Below are positions 20,543 to 30,803 of a stretch of DNA of 64,000 bases, piece after piece (the stretch's first letter is position 1; every line of letters begins with the position of its first letter). A program made the position numbers and the translations under genes. The DNA is taken from contig CAWDML010000001.1 of NCBI GenBank assembly GCA_963803435.1, positions 288,001 to 352,000 of the forward strand, given 5' to 3'. The notes beneath the pieces are model-generated. The model searched no databases, had not been told where the DNA came from, and saw nothing but the letters and a program-made list of their open reading frames with translations. This DNA is from an uncultured delta proteobacterium. Its GTDB lineage: Bacteria > Myxococcota > Kuafuiibacteriia > Kuafuiibacteriales > Kuafuiibacteriaceae.

Positions 20543-21607
20543 ATGAGGCGCGCCTGGCTGCTGCCGCTCTTGTTCGCCTGCCGGTCGGAGCCGGCGGAGC
20601 CAGAGGCACCCCGGACCACGCCCGGACCGCTGGCCGTTGAGAACCTCCGGCACGAGATCGAAACGCTCGCGGCGCAAGGTAGCCTGCGCAAGCCGGCGCT
20701 GATTGAGCTGCTCCTCGTCGAAGCACAGTTCCTCGCCGCCTACTCGGCGTACGATCGCGCCCTCGAGCTGAGCGAGACCGGGGCCGAGGACGCCGAGTCG
20801 CTCCTCGTGCGGGCCCGCGTGCACGCCGCCCTGCACCGCTTCTCGGAGGCGGTCGTCGACCTGGACCGGGCGGAGGCCCTCGGCGCCGAGACCGACGTCG
20901 AGCGGGCGGCGATCCGGGTGGCGACCGGTCGGGCCGAGGAAGCCATCCCCGCGCTGGAGCGCGAAGCTCGGGCAGAGCGCGGCTTTGCGCCGCTGTCGGG
21001 CCTGGCGAACGCGTACGCCGCCGCAGGGCGCTACGCCGACGCGGATCGCACGTACCTCGAAGCTTGGGCTCGGCTCCGGACCACCTCGCCCTTCCCGTAC
21101 GCGTGGCTCGACTTCACCCGCGGCGTCATGTGGTCGGAGCACGCGGGCGATCGGGCGCTCGGCGCGACGCTGATCGCGCGCGCCGTGGCGCGGCTCCCCG
21201 AGTACGCGGCGGCCAATCTTCACCTGGCGCGCGCCGAGGCGGACCGCGGCCAGCGCTCCGCCGCGATCGTCCGGGCGGTCGCGCAGGCGCGCGCGGCGCC
21301 CGAGGATCCGGAGCCGTACGAGCTCCTGGCCGAGCTGGATCTTCAGATCGGAGACAGGGACGCGCGCGCGGCCGCCCTCGACGCGGCCCGATCGCGCTAC
21401 CAGGCCCTCCTCGCCCGCCACCCGCTCGCGTTCGCCGAGCGGGCCGCCGAGCTCTTCCTGGTCACCGGTGATCCGGGCCGCGCCTTCGCGCTGGCCGAGT
21501 CGAACCTCGCGAACCGCCGGACCGAGCAGGCGAGAGACCTGATGATCCGCGCCGGGCTGGCGACCGGGCGGATCGAGGAGGCCCGCGCCCGCGTGCAGCG
21601 TCGATAG
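20543..21607 (+). CDS. TPR-repeat lipoprotein
   Basis: Lipobox LLFAC and repeated Ala-rich TPR helices (ALHRFSEAVVDLDRA, AGRYADADRTYLEA). Confidence 0.8.
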   Translation: MRRAWLLPLLFACRSEPAEPEAPRTTPGPLAVENLRHEIETLAAQGSLRKPALIELLLVEAQFLAAYSAYDRALELSETGAEDAESLLVRARVHAALHRFSEAVVDLDRAEALGAETDVERAAIRVATGRAEEAIPALEREARAERGFAPLSGLANAYAAAGRYADADRTYLEAWARLRTTSPFPYAWLDFTRGVMWSEHAGDRALGATLIARAVARLPEYAAANLHLARAEADRGQRSAAIVRAVAQARAAPEDPEPYELLAELDLQIGDRDARAAALDAARSRYQALLARHPLAFAERAAELFLVTGDPGRAFALAESNLANRRTEQARDLMIRAGLATGRIEEARARVQRR

Positions 21608-21633
21608 TCGCGGATCGTGGTACACACGCGCGC

Positions 21634-22939
21634 GTGGCCGCCGGGCGCCTGCAGGTCGTGTTGACGCTGGCGCTCCTCGGGCCGGCGGTTGCGCGGGCCG
21701 ATGCACCGCACCTCGACTGGAAGCCGAGCTGGCCCCGCTTCCGCCCGGCCGAGTACGCGTTCACGCTCGCGGCCGGAACGCTCACTCCGGTCCTGATCCT
21801 GGCGATGCCGTCGCCACCGTCCGGGTGGAAGCGCCCGCTCCTCCTCGACGCCGCGCTCCAGGACAGCCTCGAGGTGCACTCGCGCGGACGCCAGCGGGCG
21901 CTGCAGCTGAGCAGCGACGTCATCCAGAACACCGTGATCCTCTACCCGTTCCTGATCGACGCCGGCCTGGTCTCCTGGCTGGTCGATGACCGTCCCGACG
22001 TCGCGTTTCAGCTGGCGCTGATCGACGCGGAGGCGTTCCTCCTCCAGATGCTGATGGTCAACGGGACCAAGCGGGTGATCGGCCGCGTGCGACCAGGCCT
22101 CGAATCCTTGCCCGGACGGCGGCTACGGCTGCCGGAGCCGGTCGCAGCGGCGAAGCTTCGTCAGCGGTCATACCGCCGCCAGCTTCACCGGCGCCGCCCT
22201 GCTCTGCCTCCAGCACCGTGAGCTCGCCCTGTACGGCTCGGCCGTGGCCGACGGCCTGGCCTGCGCCGCCGGCGTCGGCCTCGCCCTCACCGACGGCCTG
22301 CTCCGGATCGCCGCGGGCGAGCACTGGGCGACCGACGTGCTGGCCAGCGGTGCGATCGCGCTGGTGGCGGGATACGTGGTGCCCTACCTCTTGCACTTCG
22401 CGCCGCCGGGCGACGGCCGCCTCGACGGCTCGCTGTCGCTGAGCGCCAGCACCGGCCCGATCCGCGCCGGCGACGAGACCCGCTTCGCGATCGGCCTCGA
22501 CGCCCAGGCACGCCAGTGGTGGTGGTGGAACGGCCGCAAGTCGATCGGCCTCGAGCTCGGCGGCGGCGCGCTGCTGGCCGGGACGCACGACGGCTTCTAC
22601 TTCCGAGAGGGCCGCGCTTCGGTGCGACTGTGGGCGTTCGGGCTCGCGATCGGCCCCGAGATCTCGTACCGCGCTGACGTCGGACCGGGCCGTCCCGACC
22701 TCGACGAGCTGGCGGGCGGCGCGTCGATCGCGTTCGGGCTGCTCGAGGAGGAGACGCAGGTTCTCTTGCAGGCGAGCTGGCTCCCGCTCGGCGGGCAGAC
22801 GGATTTCGTCGAGGCCGGCCTCGAGGTCGGGCTCTTCCGGTACGGGTTGATCGCGCTCTCCGTGCGGCGGCTCGTCCCGCGCAAAGGCGCGACCGGGAGC
22901 CTGGCGGTGCTCTCGGTCGGAGGACGCCTGCCGTGGTGA
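21634..22939 (+). CDS. PAP2-family phosphatase with a C-terminal beta-strand-rich domain; frameshift at 22102-22106
   Basis: C1 KRVIGRVRP. After a 1-nt repair: GLDPCPDGGYGC...SFVSGHT (C2) and LRIAAGEHWATDV (C3). The amphipathic beta-strand tail ends GGRLPW. Confidence 0.82.
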
Positions 22940-25220
22940 CGTCGTTCCTCGTGCTCGCGATGGCGGGCGTCCCGTATTCGATCCTCGTCGACGAGTCGTT
23001 TCACGTGGGGCCTCTGCTCCAGACGATGCCCTCGGCGGAGTCCTACGCCCACGTGCTCGAGACCTTCGCGCAGCCGGTGATCTTCTCGCTGGAGGAGAGC
23101 GCCGGCTTCTCCGATCCCGATCCGGCCAAGCTCTCGATCTACGGAGACTCGTGGGTCTGGAACGAGTGGTACGTCGACGGCCACAACCTCACCGACCCGC
23201 TCTTCTCCGGGGCCGCCGCCTTCACGGTGCCCTTCCGGCTGCTGCGGAGCTTCGATTCTGGTCTACGCCGAGAACCCCCGCACGCGCCTCCGTCAGGGCG
23301 TCGCGCTCGCGCTGGGTCCGTCCGAGCGACGTGCGGAGGTCACGCTCCACTTCCCGGAGGCCGGCGGCATCTTCCCGGGCGGGCGCGCGGTCGCGGGCGC
23401 GATCACGGGCAAGCACGCCGAGGATCGGGTGCCACCGCCGCCCGCGGAGCGCCGCCGCTTCGGGGACGCGTACCGGCTCGCGCTCGTCGATCGCGAGGCG
23501 CTCCCGATCGGCCGCCTGACCTACGGGCTCCAGATCCAGGACGGGACGCGGCGCTTCCTCGACTTCACCGGGCCCGAAGGCGCGTTCGACTCGGTCTTCG
23601 AGGAGCGCTTCCTCACCGCCTCGGGCGCCGCCACCCTGGTCGCGAGCTCCGACACCCGCGTGACGCTGCTCGCCGAGTACGCCACGCGCGACCGGGCGTT
23701 CGCCGAGCTCCACTACGCGCCCGAGGAGACGTTCAATCAGGAGACCTACGGCCTCCTCTTCGGAGTCACATACGATCGATTGCAGGTCGGGTTGACGCTC
23801 AAGCGCTACCGCCTCGATCCGAACCAGCTCGGCTTCACCCGCGATCTCTTCGATCCCGACGGCGAGGCCTTGGCGCCCTTTCAACCCGGCGGGACCTACG
23901 CGGCCGCGAAGCTCGATTTGTCGTACACCGGCGATCGCTTCTACTTCGCGCTGGTGAACCGGTTCCTGGCGTTCACGCCCTCGACGGAGGCCTGGACGAA
24001 CCCGCTCACCGCCGCCGGCCAGCCCTACGGTGCCTGGAGCTGGCGCTCGGCGGCGACCACCCACTTCCTGGGAGACGAGCGCATCGGGCTCGCGGAGGTG
24101 CTGCGGCTGGGACCGGTGGCGCTCTCCTACGACCTCTATCTCGCCGCCGGCTACGCCATGAACCGCAGCCGGATCAACACGGTCGCCTTCGTCGATCTCG
24201 GCGTCGAGACCGAGGTCGCGCTGACGAGCCTGGGCGCGGTCCGTCCCTTCCTCACGTTCGCCAAGACGCCGATCGCGCCCTCGACGGAGATGGCCCAGCG
24301 CCTCGACCCCCTCTATCTCGACGGCGAGCTCCGCCTGCAGGACGGGCGCCTCATCGACACCGAGGGCGGCGCGCACGTCCGCGTCGCCGATCGGTTGATC
24401 CCCACGAACGTCTACAGCCTGGCCACCGGCGCCCGCTTCGCGCTGGCCGAGGGCTGGTCGTTCGCGGTGCAGGGCATCCTCAAGTCCGACCGCAACACGT
24501 ACCGGTATGAGCTCGATGGTAGCCCCGAGCAGTACGGCAGCTTCACCGACGGGATCTACTTCTTCGGTGACGGCGAGAAGCGCTACCTGTTCGAGAACGC
24601 CCATCGCGATCAGGCCCTCTACTTCGGCGCCCATGTGCAGCTCACCGGGATCGATCCCGACCGCTGGGTGGTGATGATCGGCTTCTCCGCCTACAACGCG
24701 GTCGGCTACCCCGGGCTCGGCAACGGCCCGCTCGCCAACGACATCGGCCTGATCGATCCGAGCACCGCCAACCCGAACACGGCGATCAATCAGGAGGCCA
24801 ACCTCGACGGCGACCGCGGCTTTCACTTCAAGGCGCTCCTCGGCTACCGCTTCTTCGACCGCCTCTGGGCGTTCCTCTCCATCCGCCACCGCGACGGCCA
24901 GCCGTTCGCCTTCCTCGACGCCAAGACGGAGGACGGCCAGATCGCGCTGGTGCAAGCGTCGAAGCGCGGTTCGCCGTTGAAGATCGATCGGCCGCTCTCG
25001 GGCCCGCGCGAGGACTTTCAGCTCGACTTTACCGCCAAGCTGGAGCTCGAGCTCACCCGCGAGCCCCTCGCGCTCCGCGCCGCGCTCCTCGGGGCCAACC
25101 TGCTCGACTTCGGCAACGAGCTCCAGGAGCGAAACGGCCCGCTGCGACCGGCCGGGCGCCCGGCGCTCGAGCAGCAGAATCCCGCGCTCGTTCCTCCTCA
25201 CGCTCGACGCCAGCTATTGA
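22933..25220 (+). CDS. TonB-dependent-receptor-like outer-membrane protein; frameshifts at 23254-23258 and 25177-25181
   Basis: Plug-like LSIYGDS..WNEWYVDGHNLTDPLFSG and a long amphipathic beta-strand region. The repaired C-terminus ANLLDFGN...QQIPRSFLLTLDASY* is TBDR-like. Confidence 0.72.
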
Positions 25221-25249
25221 GCGAAGCGGCCGCCTGATACATTGACAGC

Positions 25250-25756
25250 ATGACACTCCTGAACGGCGCGGAGGCCTGGCACTGGGCCGCCGGCGGCGCG
25301 GTGATCGCGTTCGTGACCCTCGTGCTCCTCGCAGTGACCAACCGCCGGCTCGGCATCTCGGGGAGCTTCGAGAACGTCTGCTCGCTCGCGGTCCGGCTCC
25401 CGTATCTCGTGCGCGCCGAGGTGGTCCGCTCGCACGGGTGGCGCCTGCCGTTTCTCGGCGGCCTGGTCGCCGGCGGATTTCTGGCGGTGGCGACCACCTC
25501 GGGCTGGTCGCCCACCTGGAACCTCGGGCTGCTCGATCAGACGTTCGCGCTCGGCGTCGTCGGGAAGTCGATCTGGATGTTCGTCGGCGGCGTCCTGATC
25601 GGCGCCGGGACGCGCCTCGCCAACGGCTGCACCAGCGGGCACGGCATCTTCGGGATCTCGAACGGCGAGGCCTCCGGCCTGGTCACCACCCTCAGCTTCA
25701 TGGGCGCCGGGATCGTCACCACCAACGTGGTGTACCGCCTGATCGGAGGGCTCTGA
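25250..25756 (+). CDS. YeeE/YedE thiosulfate/sulfur-compound transporter family protein
   Basis: RRLGISG and GGVLIGAGTRLANGCTSGHGIFG. Confidence 0.9.
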   Translation: MTLLNGAEAWHWAAGGAVIAFVTLVLLAVTNRRLGISGSFENVCSLAVRLPYLVRAEVVRSHGWRLPFLGGLVAGGFLAVATTSGWSPTWNLGLLDQTFALGVVGKSIWMFVGGVLIGAGTRLANGCTSGHGIFGISNGEASGLVTTLSFMGAGIVTTNVVYRLIGGL

Positions 25757-25759
25757 GCC

Positions 25760-26194
25760 ATGGCCTTCTTCTACCTCGCCCTCGGGACCGCCTTCGGGTT
25801 CGCGCTCAGCCGCAGCGGCGCCACCGACTACGACTTCATCCAGCGCATGTTCCTGCTCGAAAGCTTCCAGCTCTACGGCATCATCGGGACCGCCGTCCTC
25901 CTCACCGCGCCCGGCCTCTGGCTCCTGAAGCGCCGCGGCCGCACGGTCTTCGGCCAGCCCCTCGAGCTGCTCCGGAAGCCGCGTCATCGGGGCAACGTGC
26001 TGGGCGGGGTCCTGTTCGGCGTGGGCTGGTCGATCACCGGCATGTGCCCGGGGCCGATCCTGGTGAACGTCGGCGAGGGCAAGATCTACGCGCTGGCGGC
26101 GCTGGCGGGCGTGCTGGTGGGGGTGGCGCTGTTCGCGGCGAGCTACCGGCGGCTGATGCAACCGCTGGGGCTGCCGGATCTGGGCCTCGAATGA
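25760..26194 (+). CDS. YeeE/YedE family protein (second subunit, DUF6691-like)
   Basis: LGTAFGFALSRSG and GGVLFGVGWSITGMCPGP. Confidence 0.9.
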   Translation: MAFFYLALGTAFGFALSRSGATDYDFIQRMFLLESFQLYGIIGTAVLLTAPGLWLLKRRGRTVFGQPLELLRKPRHRGNVLGGVLFGVGWSITGMCPGPILVNVGEGKIYALAALAGVLVGVALFAASYRRLMQPLGLPDLGLE

Positions 26195-26214
26195 CCTCGG
26201 CGCGACCGTGCGGA

Positions 26215-28266
26215 TCAGCCCGCGCTCGGCGGCTCGCTTCGGTGGTACCGGCCCGCGTGGTGCGCGTCGATCCACCGATCGTAGCTGGCCGAGAACCGCG
26301 AGCCGTCGATCCCGCCGGGGAGCGTGGAGTAGATCGCGTCCTCCCCCATGTCGGTGATGAACCGGTAGGCGGGCGCCACCACGATCTCACCGCCCGCCAC
26401 GCGGAGGATCGTGCCCTGACAGATCGTGCCGAGTGATCCCGGCAGCGGGTACGGGCCGCGGTCGAAGCCGAAGCCGAGGCCGCCGAGGACGAGGTTTCGG
26501 TGGGTCACCGTCTGCCACTCGCCGAGGGGGCCGGGGCGCACGCGGTCGATGGCGCCGAGCGCTTCGCGGAGCCGGCCGCCGCGCTCACCCTGCCAGGAGG
26601 CCGGATCCGCGAGGACGCGATCGATCGCGCTCGACCACCAGACGGGGAGCTCGCTCTCGCCGAGCATGTGGAGGAACCAGGCGCCGCCGAGCTCGGGGGC
26701 CAGCGCCGCCCGCACCCGGCGATAGGCCAGCGAGAAGGCGGCGGCGCCCTCGCTCTCGCAGGTGAACCGGAGATCCCAGTGTTCGAGGATGCTGCGCAGC
26801 GACCCCGGCTCCAGCGCGTCGATGAACAGAGGGGTGAGTTGCTTCGCCTGGAGCGAGTAGACGTCGCCGTGCATCGCTTGAAACGTGCGGCGGTCGTGAT
26901 GCTCCGGCGAATCGAGGAGCGATCGGATCCGTGAGAAGCGATAGGGCGGCTGCGCCAGCGTGGAGAGGACGGCGCCGTTTCGTCCGAGGCGGGCCTCGTT
27001 GGCGCTCAGCACCGCGCCGCGCTCCGCCTCTGCGACCGGGAGATCGGCGCCGGTGTAGACGCCCTCCCAGCGGCGCGCGCCCTTCGCCGGGACCGGATAG
27101 AGACCGGACCAGCCGCCGGTCCGCCGGGGGATGCGGCCGTTCTGGCGATAGACCACGCGATCGCGATCCGCGATCACGAAGTGGAGACTGAGCGTGTGGG
27201 CGCGCTCGAGCGCGGCCACCGCGGCGCGCGCGCTGGTCGCGAACATCAAGCGGAGGTAGGCGGTGATGGCCTCGCCAGCGTCGGCGGCGCCCGCCCAGGC
27301 GGAGGAGAGGACGCAGGCCCCGTCGGGGAGCGCCTCCAGCACGCCGCGCGCGGACTCGACGAAGTCGACCTCGAGCGGCGACAGGAAACGCCGCCCGATG
27401 CGCGCCCGGCGGATCGCGAAGGAGGGATCCGGCTCGAGCTCGACGAAGTGATCGACGTTGTCCGCCACGCCGAACGTCCCGCTCCAGGCCAGGTGCCGCG
27501 TCCGGCAGATCGCCATCCCGGGGAGGCCGGGGACGCTCGCGCCCAGCCAGTAGTTGTCGGGCGTCGCCAGCCGCACCTCGAAGAACAGCGACGGGAGCTG
27601 GTTCACCATCAGGTGCGGATCGCCCGCCAGCATCGGATGTCCCGAGGCGCTGCGCGATCCGTCCACCGCCCACGCGTTGCTCCCGGTGGCGCCGTACATC
27701 CCGTGCGCGGCGAAGCCGACCATCGGCGGCTTCGGCGAGAGCGACGGATCGAAGCCGGCGAGGTGCGGCGCGAACATGTGCTCGAGGAGAGTCGGGTCGG
27801 CGCCGGCGACGAGCGCGTCGACGATCGCGCGCTCCATCCGCTCCTGTCCCTCGGCGAGACCCAGATACGCGGAGAGGAGGAAACCGGAGATGATCGAGGC
27901 GCGGTCGGGCGGCGGCAGCGAGGCCAGCAGGACCTTCAGCTCGAACGGCCGGCCCACCGCCGACAGCCCCTGAGAGAGACCAGCGAGGTAGGCGTCGATC
28001 CGCTCCGCCGTCCAGCCGTCGAGCCGCGCTGCTTCCCGAGCGCCGCGGGCCGGGAGATCGAGCCGGTGCGCCATCGCGTCCAGGCGGACCAGCTCGGCCC
28101 TGGGCACCAGCCGCTCGGCGAGACAACCGCTCCCCGCGGCCGGGAGGAGCAACGACTGGAGCGGACGATAGCGGCCGTGGAGCTCGCCGAGGGCGCTGAA
28201 GAGCGACAGCTCGTCCTCGACGCGCGCGCCGGGCGTCCCGTTGGAATCCTCGTCGAAGCGGATCAT
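26215..28266 (-). CDS. Penicillin acylase family (Ntn hydrolase) protein
   Basis: GSNAWAVDGSRSASGHPMLAGDPHL (Ser nucleophile), GASVPGLP, SANE, APAYRFITDM and LPGG. Start ATG 28266. Confidence 0.88.
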   Translation of the reverse strand: MIRFDEDSNGTPGARVEDELSLFSALGELHGRYRPLQSLLLPAAGSGCLAERLVPRAELVRLDAMAHRLDLPARGAREAARLDGWTAERIDAYLAGLSQGLSAVGRPFELKVLLASLPPPDRASIISGFLLSAYLGLAEGQERMERAIVDALVAGADPTLLEHMFAPHLAGFDPSLSPKPPMVGFAAHGMYGATGSNAWAVDGSRSASGHPMLAGDPHLMVNQLPSLFFEVRLATPDNYWLGASVPGLPGMAICRTRHLAWSGTFGVADNVDHFVELEPDPSFAIRRARIGRRFLSPLEVDFVESARGVLEALPDGACVLSSAWAGAADAGEAITAYLRLMFATSARAAVAALERAHTLSLHFVIADRDRVVYRQNGRIPRRTGGWSGLYPVPAKGARRWEGVYTGADLPVAEAERGAVLSANEARLGRNGAVLSTLAQPPYRFSRIRSLLDSPEHHDRRTFQAMHGDVYSLQAKQLTPLFIDALEPGSLRSILEHWDLRFTCESEGAAAFSLAYRRVRAALAPELGGAWFLHMLGESELPVWWSSAIDRVLADPASWQGERGGRLREALGAIDRVRPGPLGEWQTVTHRNLVLGGLGFGFDRGPYPLPGSLGTICQGTILRVAGGEIVVAPAYRFITDMGEDAIYSTLPGGIDGSRFSASYDRWIDAHHAGRYHRSEPPSAG

Positions 28267-28763
28267 CAAAGCCGTCGCCACAGCGGCGGGAATCCGAGGA
28301 CGGTCCGGTCCTCCCTGAGCCGATTGAGCGCGCCGGCGATCGAGCTCTGACAGGCCGGGTCCGTGCGCGAGGCCGCCGTCAACCTCTCCTCCGCGCTGTC
28401 GAACAGCCTCGCCGCCGCGTACGCGCGCCCCGCGCTCTCGTAGGCGAGGCATCGTCCCGACGCGAACGTGCGGGCGATCGGCTCGGGCTCACCGCCGGAG
28501 AGCGCAGCGGCGGCGCCGAGGTAGCTCTCCGCAGCAGCGGTTGCGTGGCCCCGTGCGTAGGCGGTGGTGGCGGTCTGCCACGCGGTGCGCGCGGCGCGAT
28601 AGGCGTCGGGCGTGCCCGCGGCGTCGGGGAGCCGCGGCAGCGCCCGGTACCCACGCCAGGGCGGCAGGCGCGCCGGAGTCGCCGGATCCTGGGATGGGGC
28701 GGCCGGCGGAGTCGACGGCTCCGCGCAGGCCGCCAGGAGGACGATCGCGAGGACCCGCCGCAC
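28266..28763 (-). CDS. Hypothetical lipoprotein (helical/TPR-like)
   Basis: MRRVLAIVLLAAC lipobox. Its stop overlaps the acylase start. Confidence 0.65.
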   Translation of the reverse strand: MRRVLAIVLLAACAEPSTPPAAPSQDPATPARLPPWRGYRALPRLPDAAGTPDAYRAARTAWQTATTAYARGHATAAAESYLGAAAALSGGEPEPIARTFASGRCLAYESAGRAYAAARLFDSAEERLTAASRTDPACQSSIAGALNRLREDRTVLGFPPLWRRL

Positions 28764-28873
28764 CGCGGCGCATGGTACACCAACATCCCCGTCACAACGC
28801 TCCAGGCCGCACCGGGCGCGTTTGGAAGCGGCCAGAGAACGCGTTCGGCCTCCACTTTGCGACGCGGAGCCAG

Positions 28874-29644
28874 ATGACTTCGAGCTCCGGCATCATCAAC
28901 GGCCCCAACATCGAACGCGCGATCTCCGCGGCCGCCGGCACCGTCTTCCTCACCCAGGCGTTCCGGCGCGGTGGGTTTCTCGGGTTCACGCTCGGGGCCC
29001 TCGGAGCCGGCTTGGTGGTCAAGGCCGTGAGGGGCCGGCCCTCCCTGGTGCGGCGGGTGTCGCCCGAGCGCCTCCGGATCCAGCGGGCCATCACCGTGGA
29101 GGCGCAGCCCGACGAGCTCTACGCGTTCTGGCGTGACTTCCAGAACCTGCCCCGCTTCATGAGGCACGTGCAGTCGGTCCGGGTGCTCGACGAACAGCGC
29201 ACCGAGTGGACGGCGATGGGACCGGGCAGCGCGCGGATCCGCTGGCGGGCCGAGATCGTGGAGGATCGTCCGAATGAACGGATCAGCTGGCGGTCCATCG
29301 AACGCTCTCCGATCGATCAGCGCGGGACCGTGCGGTTCATCCCGGCGCCCGGCGACGGCGCCACCGAGGTCCACCTCACGCTCGAGTACGCACCTCCGGC
29401 CAACACGGTCGGGATCATCGTGGGCACGCTGTTGATCGGGCTGACCGCTCAGAAGATGCAGGAAGACTTGCGCCACCTGAAGCAGCTCTACGAGACCGGC
29501 TCCCTCCCGACGACGGAAGGCCAGCCGCACGGCCGGCGCAGCAAGCTGATGCGGCTGGCCGAGAGAGCGCGCCGCCGCGCCGCCCTCCCCCGCAAAGAGC
29601 AGCGCAGCTCGATCATGAACGCACGCGAGGAGGTGCCGGCATGA
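28874..29644 (+). CDS. SRPBCC (polyketide cyclase/dehydrase) family protein
   Basis: IQRAITV...[39 protein letters not shown] and [13 protein letters not shown]. Confidence 0.9.
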   Translation: MTSSSGIINGPNIERAISAAAGTVFLTQAFRRGGFLGFTLGALGAGLVVKAVRGRPSLVRRVSPERLRIQRAITVEAQPDELYAFWRDFQNLPRFMRHVQSVRVLDEQRTEWTAMGPGSARIRWRAEIVEDRPNERISWRSIERSPIDQRGTVRFIPAPGDGATEVHLTLEYAPPANTVGIIVGTLLIGLTAQKMQEDLRHLKQLYETGSLPTTEGQPHGRRSKLMRLAERARRRAALPRKEQRSSIMNAREEVPA

Positions 29645-30803
29645 AGGCGCTCTGCTGGTTCGGCAAGCGAGACGTCCGCGTCGAGAGCGTCGCGGAGCCC
29701 CAGATTCGAACCCTACGGACGCGATTGTCCGGGTCACCTCGACCGCGATCTGCGGCTCCGATCTGCACCTGTACGACGGCTACATCCCGACGATGGAGCG
29801 CGGCGACATCCTCGGCCACGAGTTCATGGGCGAGGTCGTGGAGGTAGGCGCGGAGGTGAAGCGGCTCCGCACCGGGGATCGGGTGGTGGTCCCTTTCCCG
29901 ATCGCGTGCGGGCGGTGCGCCTACTGCCGGACCGAGCGACACGCGCTCTGCGACAACTCGAACCCGAACGCTTGGCTCGCGGAGAAGGTGTACGGCTTCT
30001 CGCCGGCCGGCCTCTTCGGATACTCGCACATGCTGGGCGGCTACGCGGGCGGCCAGGCCGAGTTCGTCCGCGTCCCGTTCGCCGACGTGGGGCCGTTCAA
30101 GATCGAGAACGGGGTCTCGGACGATGCCGTCCTCTTCCTCAGCGACATCCTCCCCACCGGATACATGGCGGCAGAGAGCTGCGACATCAAGAAGGGTCAC
30201 GTCGTCGCCGTCTGGGGTTGCGGCCCGGTGGGACAGCTCGCGATCGACTGCGCCTTTCTGCTGGGCGCGGAGCGCGTCATCGCGATCGACAGCGTCCCTG
30301 AGCGACTCGCGATGGCGCGCGAGGCGGGCGCGGAGCCGATCGAGGATCGCGGCGACGTCATCGAGCCGCTCCGCGAGCTGACCGGCGGCCGGGGCCCCGA
30401 CGCCTGCATCGACGCGGTCGGCATGGAGGCGCACGGACACGGCATCAGCGCCGCCTACGATCGGGCGGCCCAGCGCGTGCGGCTGGTGACGGATCGGGCG
30501 ACCGCGCTGCGCCAGGCGATCTACGCCTGCAGGAAGGGCGGCACGGTCTCACTCGCCGGCGTCTACGGCGGTCTGGTGGACAAGCTGCCGCTGGGCGCAG
30601 CGTTCGCGAAGGGCCTGACGTTCAAGATGGGTCAGACCCACGTCCACCGGTATCTCAAGGTGCTGTTCGATCACGTGATCGAGGGCCGGCTGCGGCCCGC
30701 GCGCGTGATCACGCACCGTCTCGGTCTGGCCGAGGCACCGGCGGGTTACGACATGTTCCTTCGGAAGGTGAACGACTGCGTGAAGGTGGTGCTCACGCCT
30801 TGA
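29641..30803 (+). CDS. Zinc-dependent alcohol/formaldehyde dehydrogenase (FDH-like MDR family); frameshift at 29703-29707
   Basis: MKALCWFG, repaired [53 protein letters not shown] and KMGQTHV. Confidence 0.92.

Noticed and set aside
25242-25247. Perfect TTGACA before the first YeeE gene
   Set aside because: It is only 2 nt upstream of the ATG and has no properly spaced -10 box.
28846-28860. GG-N10-GC element upstream of the SRPBCC gene
   Set aside because: It matches the -24 consensus poorly and lies very close to the start codon, so it is probably chance.
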